64,000 nt of DNA from Macrostomum lignano. Its lineage: Eukaryota. Position numbers and translations under genes: made by a program. The DNA lies in the NCBI GenBank assembly GCA_002269645.1, contig NIVC01000087.1, forward strand, positions 744,001 through 808,000. Direction: 5' to 3'. Shown here piece after piece: positions 11,991-25,305 of the stretch (positions within the stretch are counted from its first letter, which is position 1; every line of letters begins with the position of its first letter). The notes below the pieces were generated by a model. The model was not told where the DNA came from, searched no databases, and saw nothing but the letters and a program-made list of their open reading frames with translations.

Positions 11991-12827
11991 ATTTAAAAAA
12001 TTAAGCGTCACGGTAGAATAAAAGAAACGTCATGTCAGACATGAAGGGTTCATGTAAAAATTAAATACAATTATAGTGCTGTGCTGGGGAGAAAAACTGA
12101 GACGTAAAGGCTCTCAGAGAATAACTGAGATTACGGGGGGGGGTTTCTGAGATGTCAAAGCAAAAGTCAGAAGCTACTTCAAAGTTCATGTCACGGGGGG
12201 GGGCGCTGATAGAAGAAGAGTCATGTAAAAAATAAAAGTAGCACTATGTATACATAAAAGAAAAGTCATGTCGAAGTTAAAAGATTCATTTGGGAATTGC
12301 TACGATGTCAAAGCTTGGTGGAAATCGTTATAGTGCTGTGATTCTTAAAGAAGGAATCACTAAAATGTCAAGGCTTAGGGGAGAAGAATTGCTGAGATTT
12401 CAAGGCTTTAGGTTGGGTTAAAGTAAGGTTTAGGTCAGGTGTGGGTTGAGGGTTATATTTTATCGGGTTTCAAGGTTAACAGGGGATTTTTTAGATTTCA
12501 AGGTTTATGGGGGCCATCGCTGACATGTCAAGGCTTACGGGGGAATAGCTGAGATGTCAAGGCTCACTGGGGTATAAATGAGATTTCAAGGCTAAAGCCA
12601 GAAGCTACATGTAGTTTATTGAAAACTTTTTATTACATTATTTGATGCCTCCTCAGGGGAGGGATCGCTGATAAAAAAAGCGTAATGTAAAAAATAAAAG
12701 AAGCTTCATGTCGAATTTAAGAGATTCATTTGGGAATCCCTACGATGTCGAGGCTTGCAGGGAATCGCTATAATGCTGTAGTAGTGCTATAATGACTCTT
12801 AGAGAGAATTACTGAAATTTCAATGCT

Positions 12828-12889
12828 TTAGGGTTAGGTTAGGGTTAGGGTTAGGGTTAGGGTTAGGGTTAGGCTAGGGTTAGGGTTAG
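12828..12889 (+). repeat. Interstitial telomeric-type (TTAGGG)n, about 10 units
   Basis: ttagggttaggttagggttagggttaggg..., inside the Helitron. Confidence 0.9.
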
Positions 12890-13289
12890 AAGGTTGAAAG
12901 ATATTTTTAGATTTCCAATGCTTATTTGGGCCATTGCTGAGATGTCAAGGGGGGGGGAGTTGATATGTTATAGCTTGTGGGGGGGGGAATTACTGACATG
13001 TCAAGGCTTACAAGGTTTGACAGGAGATTTTTTAAGATTTGAAGGATACATGTAGCTTATTAAAAAAACGTGTATTGCATTTCTTTGGCTCCCCAACGGG
13101 GGGCGTAGATTGCTAGTTACTTGCTGTAAGAATTGAATTATAAGGGCCACAATTCATGAAAGAGAAAACATGAAACATGAAAAGAGATAGCCTAGATACG
13201 AACAGACTGGACTGCCAACGTAGCGACCTGGGTTCGAATCTTAGTAGTGCAAAATAATATTTTACACACCTTGAAAACACGAAACTGCT

Positions 13290-16200
13290 AAACATAAAAA
13301 AGCACAATGTCAAACATAAAAGAGGCACCATGTCAAACATTACATGGGCACCATGTAAAACATATACGTGACTCTACGTCAAACATTAAAGAGCCACCAT
13401 GTGAAACTTAAAAGAGTCACCATTTCGAACATTAAAGAGCCACCACGTCGAACATTAAAGTGCCACCATGCCAAACATAAAAGAGCCACCATGTCGAACA
13501 TTAAAGAGCTAGCATGTCAAACATTAAAGAGCCACCATGTCGAACATTAAAGAGCCACCATTTCGAACATAAAAGAGCCGCCATGTAAAACATTAAAGAG
13601 CCACATTGTCAAACATAAAAGAGCCACCATGTAAGACATTTAAGAGCCATCATGTGAAACATTTAAGAGCCACCATGTCAAACCTAAAAGAGCCACCATG
13701 TCGAACATAACAGAGCTACCATGTCAAACCTAAAAGAGCCACCATGTCGAACATAACAGAGCTACCATGTCAAACCTAAAAGAGCCACCATGTCGAACAT
13801 AAACGAACCTTTATGTCGTACATTAAAGAGCCACCATGTTAAACATTAAAGAGCCACCATGTCAAACATAGAAGAGCCACAATGTCAAACATAGAAGAGC
13901 CACAATGTCAGATATTAAAAAGCCACCGTATCAAACATAAAAGAGTTACCATGTAGAACAAAAAAGAGCCACCATGTCGAACATAAAAGAGCCACCATGT
14001 CAAACATAAAAGAGCCAACATGTCAAACCTAAACGAGCCACCATGTCTAATATTTAAGAGGCACCATGCAAAACATATAAGTGACTTTATGTCAAACATT
14101 AAAGAGCCACCATGTCAAGCATAAAAGAGCCACCATGTCAAACATTAAAGAGCCACCATGTCGAACATTAAAGAGCCACCATGTCAAGCATAAAAGAGCC
14201 ACCATGTCAAACATTAAAGAGCCATGTCAAACACTAAAGAGCCAACATGTCAAACATAAAAGAGCCACCATGTCAAACATTAAAGAGCCACCATGTCAGA
14301 CATTAAAGAGCCACTATGTAAAACATAAAAGAGCCACCATGTCAAACATTAAAGAGCCACCATATCGAACACTAAAGAGCCACCATGTCAAACATATGTG
14401 ACTCCATGTCAAATATATACGTGACTCCATGTCACAAATAAAAGAGCCACCATGTAAAACATATACATATGACTACATAACAAACATTAAACAGCCACCA
14501 TGTCGAAACATTAAAGAGCCACCATGTCAAACATAAAACAGACACAATTAAGAACATTAAAGAGCCACCGTGTCGAACATTAAAAAGCCACCATGTCAAA
14601 CATAAAACAGACACCATTAAAAACATTAAAGAGCCACCATGTCGAACATTAAAGAGCCACCATGTCAAACATAAAACAGCCACTATGTCGAACATTAAAG
14701 AGCAACCATGTCAGACATAAAACAGAGCTACCATTTCGAAAATTAAAGAGCCACCATGTCAAAAATTAAAGAGCCACCATGTCGAACATTAAAGAGCCAC
14801 CATGTCAAAGATAAAAGAGCCACCATGTCAAACATTGAAGAGACCCCATGTCGAACATTAAAGAGCCACCATGTCGAACATAAAGAGGCACCATGTAAAA
14901 CATATACGTAACTCCATGTCAAACATTGAAGCGACACCATGTCGAACATAAAAGAGCCACCATGTCAAACATTAAAGAGCCACCATGTCGAACATAAAAG
15001 AGCTTCCATGTCAAACATTAAAGAGCAACCATGTCAAACATAAAAGAGCCATCATGTCAAACATATAAGTGACTTTATGTAAAACATTAAAGAGCTACCA
15101 TATCAGACATATACATGACTCCATGTCAAACATATACGTGAATCCATGGTAGACATTAAAGAGCCACCATGTCGAACATTAAAGAGCCAACATGTTAAAA
15201 ATACAAGAGCCACCATGTCGAACATTAAAGAGCTAACATGTTAAAAATACAAGAGCCACCATGTCAAACATATACATGACTCCATGTCAAACATTGAAGA
15301 GACACCATGTCGAACATAAAAGAGCCACCATGGCAAACATGAAAGTGCCACCATGTAAAATATTAAAGAGCCACCATGTCAAATATTAAAGAGTCACCAG
15401 GTCAAACATATACATGACTACATAACAAACATTAAACAGCCACCATGTCGAACATTAAAGAGCCATCATGTCAAACATAAAAGAGCCACCATGTAAAATA
15501 TTAAAGAGCCACCATGTCAAATATTAAAGAGTCACCAGGTCAAACATATACATGACTACATAACAAACATTAAACAGCCACCATGTCGAACATTAAAGAG
15601 CCATCATGTCAAACATAAAAGAGCCACCATGTCAAACATTAAAGGGCCAAAATGTCAAACATAAAAAAGCCACCATGTCAAACATAAAAGAGCCACCATG
15701 TCAAACATATATGTGACTCCATGTCAAACATATATGTAACTCCATGTCAAACAGTAAAGAGCCACCATGTCAAACATAAAAGAGCACCATGTCAAACATT
15801 AAAGAGCCACCATGTCGAACATTAAAGAACCACCATGTCGAACATTATAGAGCCACCATGTCGAACATTAAAGAGCCACCATTTCAATCATTAAAGAGCC
15901 ACCATGTCTAACATTAAAGAGTCACCATGTCGAACATTAAAGAGCCACCATGTCAAACATTAAAGAGCCACCATGTCTAACATTAAAGAACCACCATGTC
16001 GAACATTAAAGAGCCACCATGTCAAACATAAAACAGCCAACATTTCGAAAATTAAAGAGCCACCATGTCAAACATTAAAGAGCCACCATGTCGAACATTA
16101 GAGAGCCACCATGTCAAACATAAAACAGACACAATTAAGAACATTAAAGAGCCACCATGTCGAACATTAGAGAGCCACCATGTCAAACATAAAACAGACA

Positions 16201-17990
16201 CAATTAAGAACATTAAAGAGCCACCATGTCGAACATTAAAGAGCCACCATGTAGAACATAAAACAGCCACCATTTCGAAAATTAAAGAGCCACTATTTCA
16301 AACATTAAAGAGCCACCTTGTCAAAAATTAAAGAGCCACCATGTCGAACATAAAAGAGCCACCATGTAGAACATAAAATAGTCACCATTACAAACATGAA
16401 AGTGCCACCATGTAAAACATTAAAGAGCCACCATGTCAAATATTAAAGAGCCACCATGTCAAACATTAAAGAGCCACCAGTTCAAACACGAAAGTGCCAC
16501 CATGTCAAATATTAAAGAGCCACCATGTCAAACATTAAAGAGCTACCAGGTCAAACATGAAAGTGCCACCATGTAAAACATTAAAGAGCCACCATGTCGA
16601 ACATTTAAGAACCACCATGTCAAACATAAAATAGCCACTATGTGAAACATATGCGTGACTCCATGTAAAACATTAAAGAGCTACCATGTCGAACATTAAA
16701 GAGCTAACATGTTAAAAATACAAGAGCCACCATGTCAAACATATACATGACTCCATGTCAAACATTGAAGAGACACCATGTCGAACATTAAAGAGCCACC
16801 ATGGCAAACATATACATGACTCCATGTCAAACATTAAAGAGACACCATGTCTAACATTAAAGAGCCACCATGTCGAACATTAAAGAGCCACCATGTCAAA
16901 CATTAAAGAGACACCATGTCTAACATTAAAGAGCCACCATGTCGAACATTAAAGAGCCACCATGTCAAACATTAAAGAGCCACCATGTCGAACATTAGAG
17001 AGCCACCATGTCAAACATAAAACAGACACCGTTAAGAACATTAAAGAGCCACCATGTCGAACATTAAAGAGCCACCATGTCGAACATGAAAGAGCCACCA
17101 TGTAGAACATAAAACAACCACCATTTCGAAAATTAAAGAGCCACTATGTCAAACATTAAAGAGCCACCATGTCAAACATTAAAGAGCCACCATGTCAAAC
17201 ATATACATGACTCCATGTCAAACATTAAAGAGACACCATGTCTAACATTAAAGAGCCACCATGTCGAACATTAAAGAGCCACCATGTCAAACATTAAAGA
17301 GACACCATGTCTAACATTAAAGAGCCACCATGTCGAACATTAAAGAGCCACCATGTCAAACATTAAAGAGCCACCATGTCGAACATTAGAGAGCCACCAT
17401 GTCAAACATAAAACAGACACCGTTAAGAACATTAAAGAGCCACCATGTCGAACATTAAAGAGCCACCATGTCGAACATTAAAGAGCCACCATGTAGAACA
17501 TAAAACAACCACCATTTCGAAAATTAAAGAGCCACTATGTCAAACATTAAAGAGCCACCATGTCAAACATTAAAGAGCCACCATGTCAAACATATACATG
17601 ACTCCATGTCAAACATTGAAGAGACACCATGTCTAACATTAAAGAGCCACCATGGCAAACATATACATGACTCCATGTCAAACATTAACGAGACACTATG
17701 TCAAACATTAAAGAGACACCATGTCAAACATTAAAGAGCCATAATGTCAAACATTAAAGCGCCACCATGTCGAATATTAAAGAGCCACCATGTCAAACAT
17801 AAAAGAGCCACCATGTCAAACATAAAAGAGCCACTATGTCAAACAATAAAGAGACACCATGTCAGACATTAAGAAAACCCCGAATCAAACATAAGAGAGC
17901 CACCATGTAGAACATAAAAGAGCCACCATGTCAAACATTAAAGAGCCACCAAGTCAAACATAAAATTTACACAATTTCAAACGTAAAAGT
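13290..17990. repeat. 23-bp satellite type 2 (aaagagccaccatgtcaaacatt), array in Helitron unit A
   Basis: Period 23 (gagccaccat at 17161 and 17184). It explains the 23-aa repeat ORFs (3 units = 69 nt). Confidence 0.97.
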
Positions 17991-18879
17991 AAGCGTCATG
18001 CCAATTTTAAAGGAGCCACTATAGAGCTAAGGAAATTGTAGCACTAGCTACTTATTTTATGGTGGATGCTTACTTTTTCGGGATGCTTGCTATCTGGGGG
18101 ATGCTTGCAATCTGGGGGATGCTTGCTGTCTTGGGATGATTTCTTTTTGCATTACACTTTATTTGAGCAGTTTGTCTGTCGTCTTTGTGAAGGCTTTATT
18201 TGGCTGTCTTTTTGTTACTTGTAGAGAACAGAGATTCTATCCAGATGTCCCCCAACGGGGGGCGAAGATTGCTAGTCCTATATACTAAAAATGAGTTGTC
18301 TGTATGTGGGTAGGTAGGTAGGTATGCGATAGATTTCAGAAAAATTGGCTCAACCGATTTTCTTCAAACTTGCACCATTCGATCAGAAATTTTCCTGGGA
18401 CGGTACATGCATCTTGGCTAAGAAATTGCTCAATGTTAAAGGGATTAAATATTCGAAAAACATGCTTTTTTGCAAAGGTCAAGCAGCTCTTTCGACCTGA
18501 AATGCATTGTAAGAATGCTAGAGAAAAAACTGACTGACTGAATTTCAATTCTGATAAAGATTGCATCACAACAAGTTGAAAACAGTGCCGAAGAAATGCA
18601 CACACGACTTGATTTAAATTGCGTAACCAATATTGCTAACTTGAACTGAGACTGATACTGGCTGACTGAGAAATTGATTATGTCACAACTTTTTACTTCA
18701 ATTGACTTGCTGTAAGAATTGAATTATAAGGGCCACAATTCATGTACTCCAATTGAAAAGAGATAGCCTAGATACGAACAGACTGGACTGCCAACGTAGC
18801 GACCTGGGTTCGAATCTTAGTAGTGCAAAATAATTTTTTTATAAAACACCTTGAAAACACGAAACTGTTAAACATAAAA

Positions 18880-20640
18880 AAGCACAATGTCAAACATTAC
18901 ATAAGCACCATGTAAAACATATACGTGACTCTATGTCAAACATTAAAGAGCCACCATGTGAAACATAAAAGAGTCACCATTTCGAACATTAAAGAGCCAC
19001 CACGTCGAACATTAAAGTGCCACCATGTCAAACGTAAAAGAGCCACCATGAAGAACATTAAAGAGCCACCATGCCAAACATAAAAGAGCCACCATTTCGA
19101 ACATAAAAGAGCCACTATATGTCAAACATAAAAGAGCCACCATGTCAAACATTAAAGAGCTAGCATTTCAAACATTAAAGAGCCACCATGTCGAACATTA
19201 AAGAGCCACCATTTCGAACATAAAAGAGCCACCATGTAAAACATTAAAGAGCCACTATGTCAAACATAAAAGAGCCACCATGTCAAACATATATGACTCC
19301 ATGTCAAATATATACGTGACTCCATGTCACACACAAAAGAGCCACCATGTAAAACATATACATATGACTACATAACAAACAATTAACAGCCACCATGTCG
19401 AACATTAAAGAGCCATCATGTCAAACATAAAAGATCCACCATGTCAAACATTAAAGAGCCACCATGTCAAACATTAAAGAGCCACTATTTCAAACATAAA
19501 AGAGCCACCATGTAAAGCATATACGTGACTCCATGCCAAATATATACGTGACTCCATGTCAAACACATACGTGACTCCATGTGAAACACTAAAGAGCCAC
19601 CATGTCAAACATTAAAGAGCCACGATGTCGAACATTTAAGAGCACCATGTTAAACATAAAGGAGCCACCATGTCGAACATTAAAGAGCCACCATTTCAAG
19701 CATAAAAGAGCCACTATGTCAAACATTAAAGAGCCACCATGTCAAACAATAAAGAGCCACCATGTAGAACATTAAAGAGCCACAATGTAGAACATTAAAA
19801 AGCCATCATGTCAAACATTAAAGAGCCACAATGTAGAACATTAAAGAGCCACCATGTCGAAGATTAAAGAGCCACAATAAGTAGAACATTAAAGAGCCAC
19901 AGTGTCAAGCATTAAAGAGCCACCATGTAGAGCATTAAAGAGCCACCATGTCTTACATTAAAGAGCCACCATTTCTAACAGTAAAGAGCCACCATGTCGA
20001 ACATTAAAAAGCCATCATGTCAAACAATAAAGAGCCACCATGTTGAACATTTAAGAGCCACCATGTCGAACATTAAAGAGCCACAATGTAGAACATTAAA
20101 GAGCCACAATGTCAAATATTAAAGAGCACAATGTAGAACATTAAAGAGCCACAATGTAGAACATTAAAGAACCACCATGTAGAACATTAAAGAGCCAACA
20201 TGTCAAACATTAAAGAGCAACAATGTAGAAAATTAAAGAGCCACAATGTAGAACATTAAAGAGCCACAATGTCGAGCATTAAAGAGACACCATGTCAAAC
20301 ATTAAAAAGCCACCATGTCAAACAATAAAGAGCCACCATGTTGAACATTAAAGAGCCACCATGTCAAACATTAAAGAGCCAGCATGTCGAACATTAAAGA
20401 GCCACCATGTCGAACATTAACGAGCCACGATGTCAAACATAAAAGAGCTACCAAGTTAGACATAGAAGAGCCACCATGTGAAACATATATGTGACTCCAT
20501 GTCAAACATTAAAGAGCCACCGTTTCTAACATTAAGGAGCCACCATGACAAACATAAAGCTGGCACGATGTCAAACATTAAAGAGCCACCATGTAGAACA
20601 TAAAATAGTCACCATTTCAAACACAGGAGAGACATTTTCA
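18880..20640. repeat. 23-bp satellite type 2, array in Helitron unit B
   Basis: Same consensus as 13290-17990. Confidence 0.97.
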
Positions 20641-20724
20641 AACGTAATAAGAAGCGTCATGCCAATCATAAAGGAGCCCCTAGAAAGCTAAAAGGAAATG
20701 TTGCACTATATACTTTTTGTCTGG

Positions 20725-20945
20725 TGGATGCTTGCTATTTAAGGATAGATACTTGCTATCTGAGGGATGCTTGCTATCTGGGGGTGCTTGCTATCTGGGG
20801 GTGCTTGCTATCTGGGGGTGCTTGCTATCTGGGGTGCTTGCTATCTGGGGTGCTTGCTATCTGGGGTGCTTGCTATCTGGGGGTGCTTGCTATCTGGGGG
20901 TGCTTGCTATCTGGGAGGAGGGGGGATGCTTGCTGTCTTGGGATG
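20725..20945. repeat. 18-20-bp minisatellite (gatgcttgctatctgggg) near the 3' end of Helitron unit B
   Basis: The same motif occurs as a few copies at 18065-18135 and many copies at 24875-25305. Confidence 0.9.
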
Positions 20946-21689
20946 TTTTCTTTTTGCATTGCGCTTCATTTGAGCAGTTTTTCTGTTGTCTTTGTGAAGA
21001 CTCTATTTGGCGGTTTTTTTTTACTTGTAGAGAACAGAAGTTCTATCCAGATGTCCCCCATCGGGGGGCAAAGATTGCTAGTCCTATATACTAAAAATGA
21101 GTTGTCTGTATGTGGGTAGGTAGGTAGGTATGCGATAGATTTCAGAAAAATTGGCTCAACCGATTTTCTTCAAACTTGCACTATTTGATCAGAAATTTTC
21201 CTGGCACGGTACATGCATCCTGGCTAAGAAATTGCTCAATGTTAAAGGGATTAAATATTCGAAAAACATGCTTTTCTGCAAAGGTCAAGCCAAATTTTCG
21301 ACTTGAAATGCATTGTAAGAATGCTAGAGAAAAAACTGACTGGCTGAATTACGATTGTGATAAAGATTGCATCACAGCAAGTTGAAAACAGTGTCGAAGA
21401 AATGCACACACGACTTGAATGAAATTGCGTAACCATATTGCCAACTTAAATTGAGACTGATTCTGGCTGACTGAGAAATTGATTATGTCATAACTTTTTA
21501 CTCCAATTGACTTGCTGTAAGAATTGAATTATAAGGGCCACAATTCATGTTCTCCCATTAAAAAAGATAGCCCTGATGCGAACAGACTGGAATGCTAATG
21601 TAGCGACCTGGGTTCGAATCTTAGTTGTGCAAAAAAGATTTTTTTTTATTAAAACACCTTAAAGACAAAACTGCTAAACATAAAAGAAG

Positions 21690-24600
21690 CGCAATGTCAA
21701 ACATAGAAGAGCCACCATGTCGAACATTAGAGAGCCAACATATCGAACTTAAAAGAGCCACCATGTCAAACATAAAAGAGCCAACATGTCAAACATAAAG
21801 AGCCACCATGTCAAACATTTAAGAGCCACCATGTAAAACATATAAGTGACTTTATGTCAAACATAAAAGAGCCACCATTTCGAACATTAAAGAGCCACCA
21901 TGTCGACCATAAAAGAGCCACTATTTCGAACATCAAAGAGCCACTATGTCAAACATTTAGGAGCCACTTTTTCGAACATTAAAGAGCCACCATGTCAAAC
22001 ATAAATGAGCCAACATGTCAGACATTAAAAAGCCACCATGTCAAACATAAAAGAGCCAACATGTCAATCATAAAAGAGCCAACATGTCAAACATAAAGAG
22101 CCACCATGTCAAACATATATGTGACTTTATGTCAAACATTAAAGAGCCACCATTTCGAACATTAAAGAGCCACTATTTCGAACATTAAAGAGTCACCTTG
22201 TCAAACATGAAAGAGCTATAACATGAAGAATATTAAAGAGCCACCATGTCGAACATAAAGTAGCCGCCATGTAAAATATTAAAGAGCTACCATGTTAAAC
22301 ATAAAAGAGCCAACATGTTAAGCATTTAAGAGCCTTCGTGTCAAACCTAGAAGAGCCACCATGTCGAACATAACAGAGCTACCATGTCAAACATTAAAGA
22401 GCCACCATGTCAAACATTAAAGAGCCACCATGTCAAACATTCAAAAGCCATTATGTCGTACATTAAAGAGCCACCATTTCGAACATTAAAGAGCCACCAT
22501 GTCGAACATAAAAGAGCCACTATTTCGAACATTAAAGAGCCACCATTTCGAACATTAAAGAGCCACCATGTCGAACATAAAAGAGCCACCATTTTGAACA
22601 TTAAAGAGCCACTATGTCAAACATTTAGGAGCCACCATTTTGAACATTAAAGAGCCACTATGTCAAACATTTAGGAGCCACTTTGTCGAACATTAAAGAG
22701 CCACCATGTCAAACATAAAAGAGCCAACATGTCAGACATTAAAAAGCCACCGTATCAAATATAAAAAAGTTACCATGTAGAACAAAAAAGAGCCACCATT
22801 TCGAACAAAAAAGAGCCAACATGTCAAACATAAAGAGCCACCATGTCAAACATTTAAGAGCCACCATGTCAAACATATATGTGACTTTATGTCAAACATT
22901 AAAGAGCCATCATTTCGAACATAACAGAGCTACCATGTCAAAAATTAAAGAGCCACCATGTCAAACATAAAAGAGCCACCATGCCAAACATTAAAGAGCC
23001 ACCATGTCAAACATTAAAGAGCTACCATGTCAAACATAAAAGAGCCACCATGTCAAACATTAAAGAGCCACCATGTCAAACATAAAAGAGCCACCATGTC
23101 AAACATAAAAGGGCCACCATGTCAAACATAAAAGAGCCACCATGCCAAACATTAAAGAGCCACCATGTCAAACATAAAAGAGCCACCATGTCGAACATTA
23201 AAGAGCCACCATATCAAACATTAAAGAGCCACCATTTCAAACATAGAAGGACCACCATGTCAAACATATAAGTGACTCCATGTCAAACATATACGTGACT
23301 CCATGGCCAAAAATTTAAGAGCCATCACTTCAAACATAAAATAGCCACCATGTCGAACATAGAAGAGCCACCATGTCAAGCATACATGACTCCATGTCCA
23401 ACATTAAAGAGCCACCATGTGGAACATTAAGCAGCCACCATGTCAAAAATTAAAGAGCCCCCATATCGAACATAGAAAAGCCACCATGTCAAACATAAAA
23501 GAGCCACAATGACAAGCATAAAAGAGCTCCCATGTCGAACATTAAAGAGCCACCATGTCAAACATTAAAGAGCCACCATGTCGAACATTAAAGAGCCACC
23601 ATATCAAACATAGAAGAACCACCATGTGAAACATAGAAGAGCCACCATGTCTAACATTAAGGAACCACAATATCAAACATTAAAGAGCCACCATTTCAAA
23701 CATAGAAGGACCACCATGTCAAACATATAAGTGACTCCATGCCAAACATATACGTGACTCCATGGCCAAAAATTTAAGAGCCATCGCTTCAAACATAAAA
23801 TAGCCACCATGTCGAACATAGAGGAGCCACCATGTCAAGCATATATGACTCCATGTCCAACATTAAAGAGCCACCATGTGGAACATAAAAGAGCCACCAT
23901 GTCAAAAATTAAAGAGCCCCCATATCGAACATAGAAGAGCCAGCATGTGGAACATTAAAGAGCCACCATGTCAAACATTAAAGAGCCTACATATCAAACA
24001 TTAAAAAGTTACCATGTCGAACATTAAAGAGCCACCATGCCAAACATAAAATAGCCACCATGTCAAACATTAGAGCCACCATGTTGAACATAAAAGAGCC
24101 ACCATGCCAAACGTTAAAGAGCCACCATGTCAAACATTAAAGAGCCACCATGTCAAACATAAAAGAGTCACCATGTCAAACATTAGAGCCACCATGTTGA
24201 ACATTAAAGAGCCACCATGTCAAACATTAAAGAGCCACCATGTCAAATATAAAAGAGCCACCATGCCAAACATTAAAGAGCCACCATGTCAAACATTAAA
24301 GAGCCACCATGTCAAACATAAAAAAGCCATCATGCCAAACATAAAAGAGCCACCATATCAAACATAGAAGAACCACCATGTGAAACATAGAAGAGCCACC
24401 ATGTCTAACATTAAGGAGCCACCATATCAAACATTAAAGAGCCACCATTTCAAACATAGAAGGACCACCATGTCAAACATATAAGTGACTACATGTCAAA
24501 CATGTATGACTCCATGTCCAACATTAAAGAGCCACCATGTGGAACATAAAAGAGCCACCATGTCAAAAATTAAAGAGCCCCCATATCGAACATAGAAGAG

Positions 24601-24790
24601 CCACCATGTGGAACATTAAAGAGCCACCATGTCAAACATTAAAGAGCCTACATATCAAACATAAAAGAGCCACTATGTCGAACATAGAAGAGCCACGATG
24701 TTGAAAATTAAAGAGCCAACCTGTAAAACATTTAAAAGATTCACCATGTCAAACATATAAGTGCGCCTTTATTTCAAACGTAAAAGATAC
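21690..24790. repeat. 23-bp satellite type 2, array in Helitron unit C
   Basis: Same consensus as 13290-17990. Confidence 0.97.
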
Positions 24791-24874
24791 ACAATTTCAA
24801 ACGTAAAAGTGAGCGAATTTTAAAGGAGCCACTATAATGCTAAGGAAATTGTCGCACTAGCTACTTATTGTCTG

Positions 24875-25305
24875 GTGGATGCTTGCTATTTGGGGATGCT
24901 ATCTATCTGGGGGATGCTTGCTATCTGGGGATGCTTGCTATTTGGGTGATGCTTGCTATCTGGGGGATGCTTGCTATCTGGGGATGCTTGCTATTTGGGT
25001 GATGCTTGCTATCTGGGGATGCTTGCTATTTGGGTGATGCTTGCTATTTGGGTGATGCTTGCTATCTGGGGATGCTTGCTAGCCGGGGGATGCTTGCTAT
25101 TTGGGTAATGCTTGCTATCTGGGTGATGCTTGCTATTTGGGTGATGCTTGCTATCTGGGTAATGCTTGCTATCTGGGGGATGCTTGCTATCCGGGGGATG
25201 CTTGCAATCTGGGGGATGCTTGCTATCTGGGGGATGCTTGCTATCCGGGGGATGCTTGCAATCTGGGGGATGCTTGCTATCTGGGGGATGCTTGCTGTCT
25301 TGGGA
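24875..25305. repeat. 18-20-bp minisatellite (gatgcttgctatctgggg) near the 3' end of Helitron unit C
   Basis: Direct periodicity. It explains the DACYLG-repeat ORFs. Confidence 0.92.
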
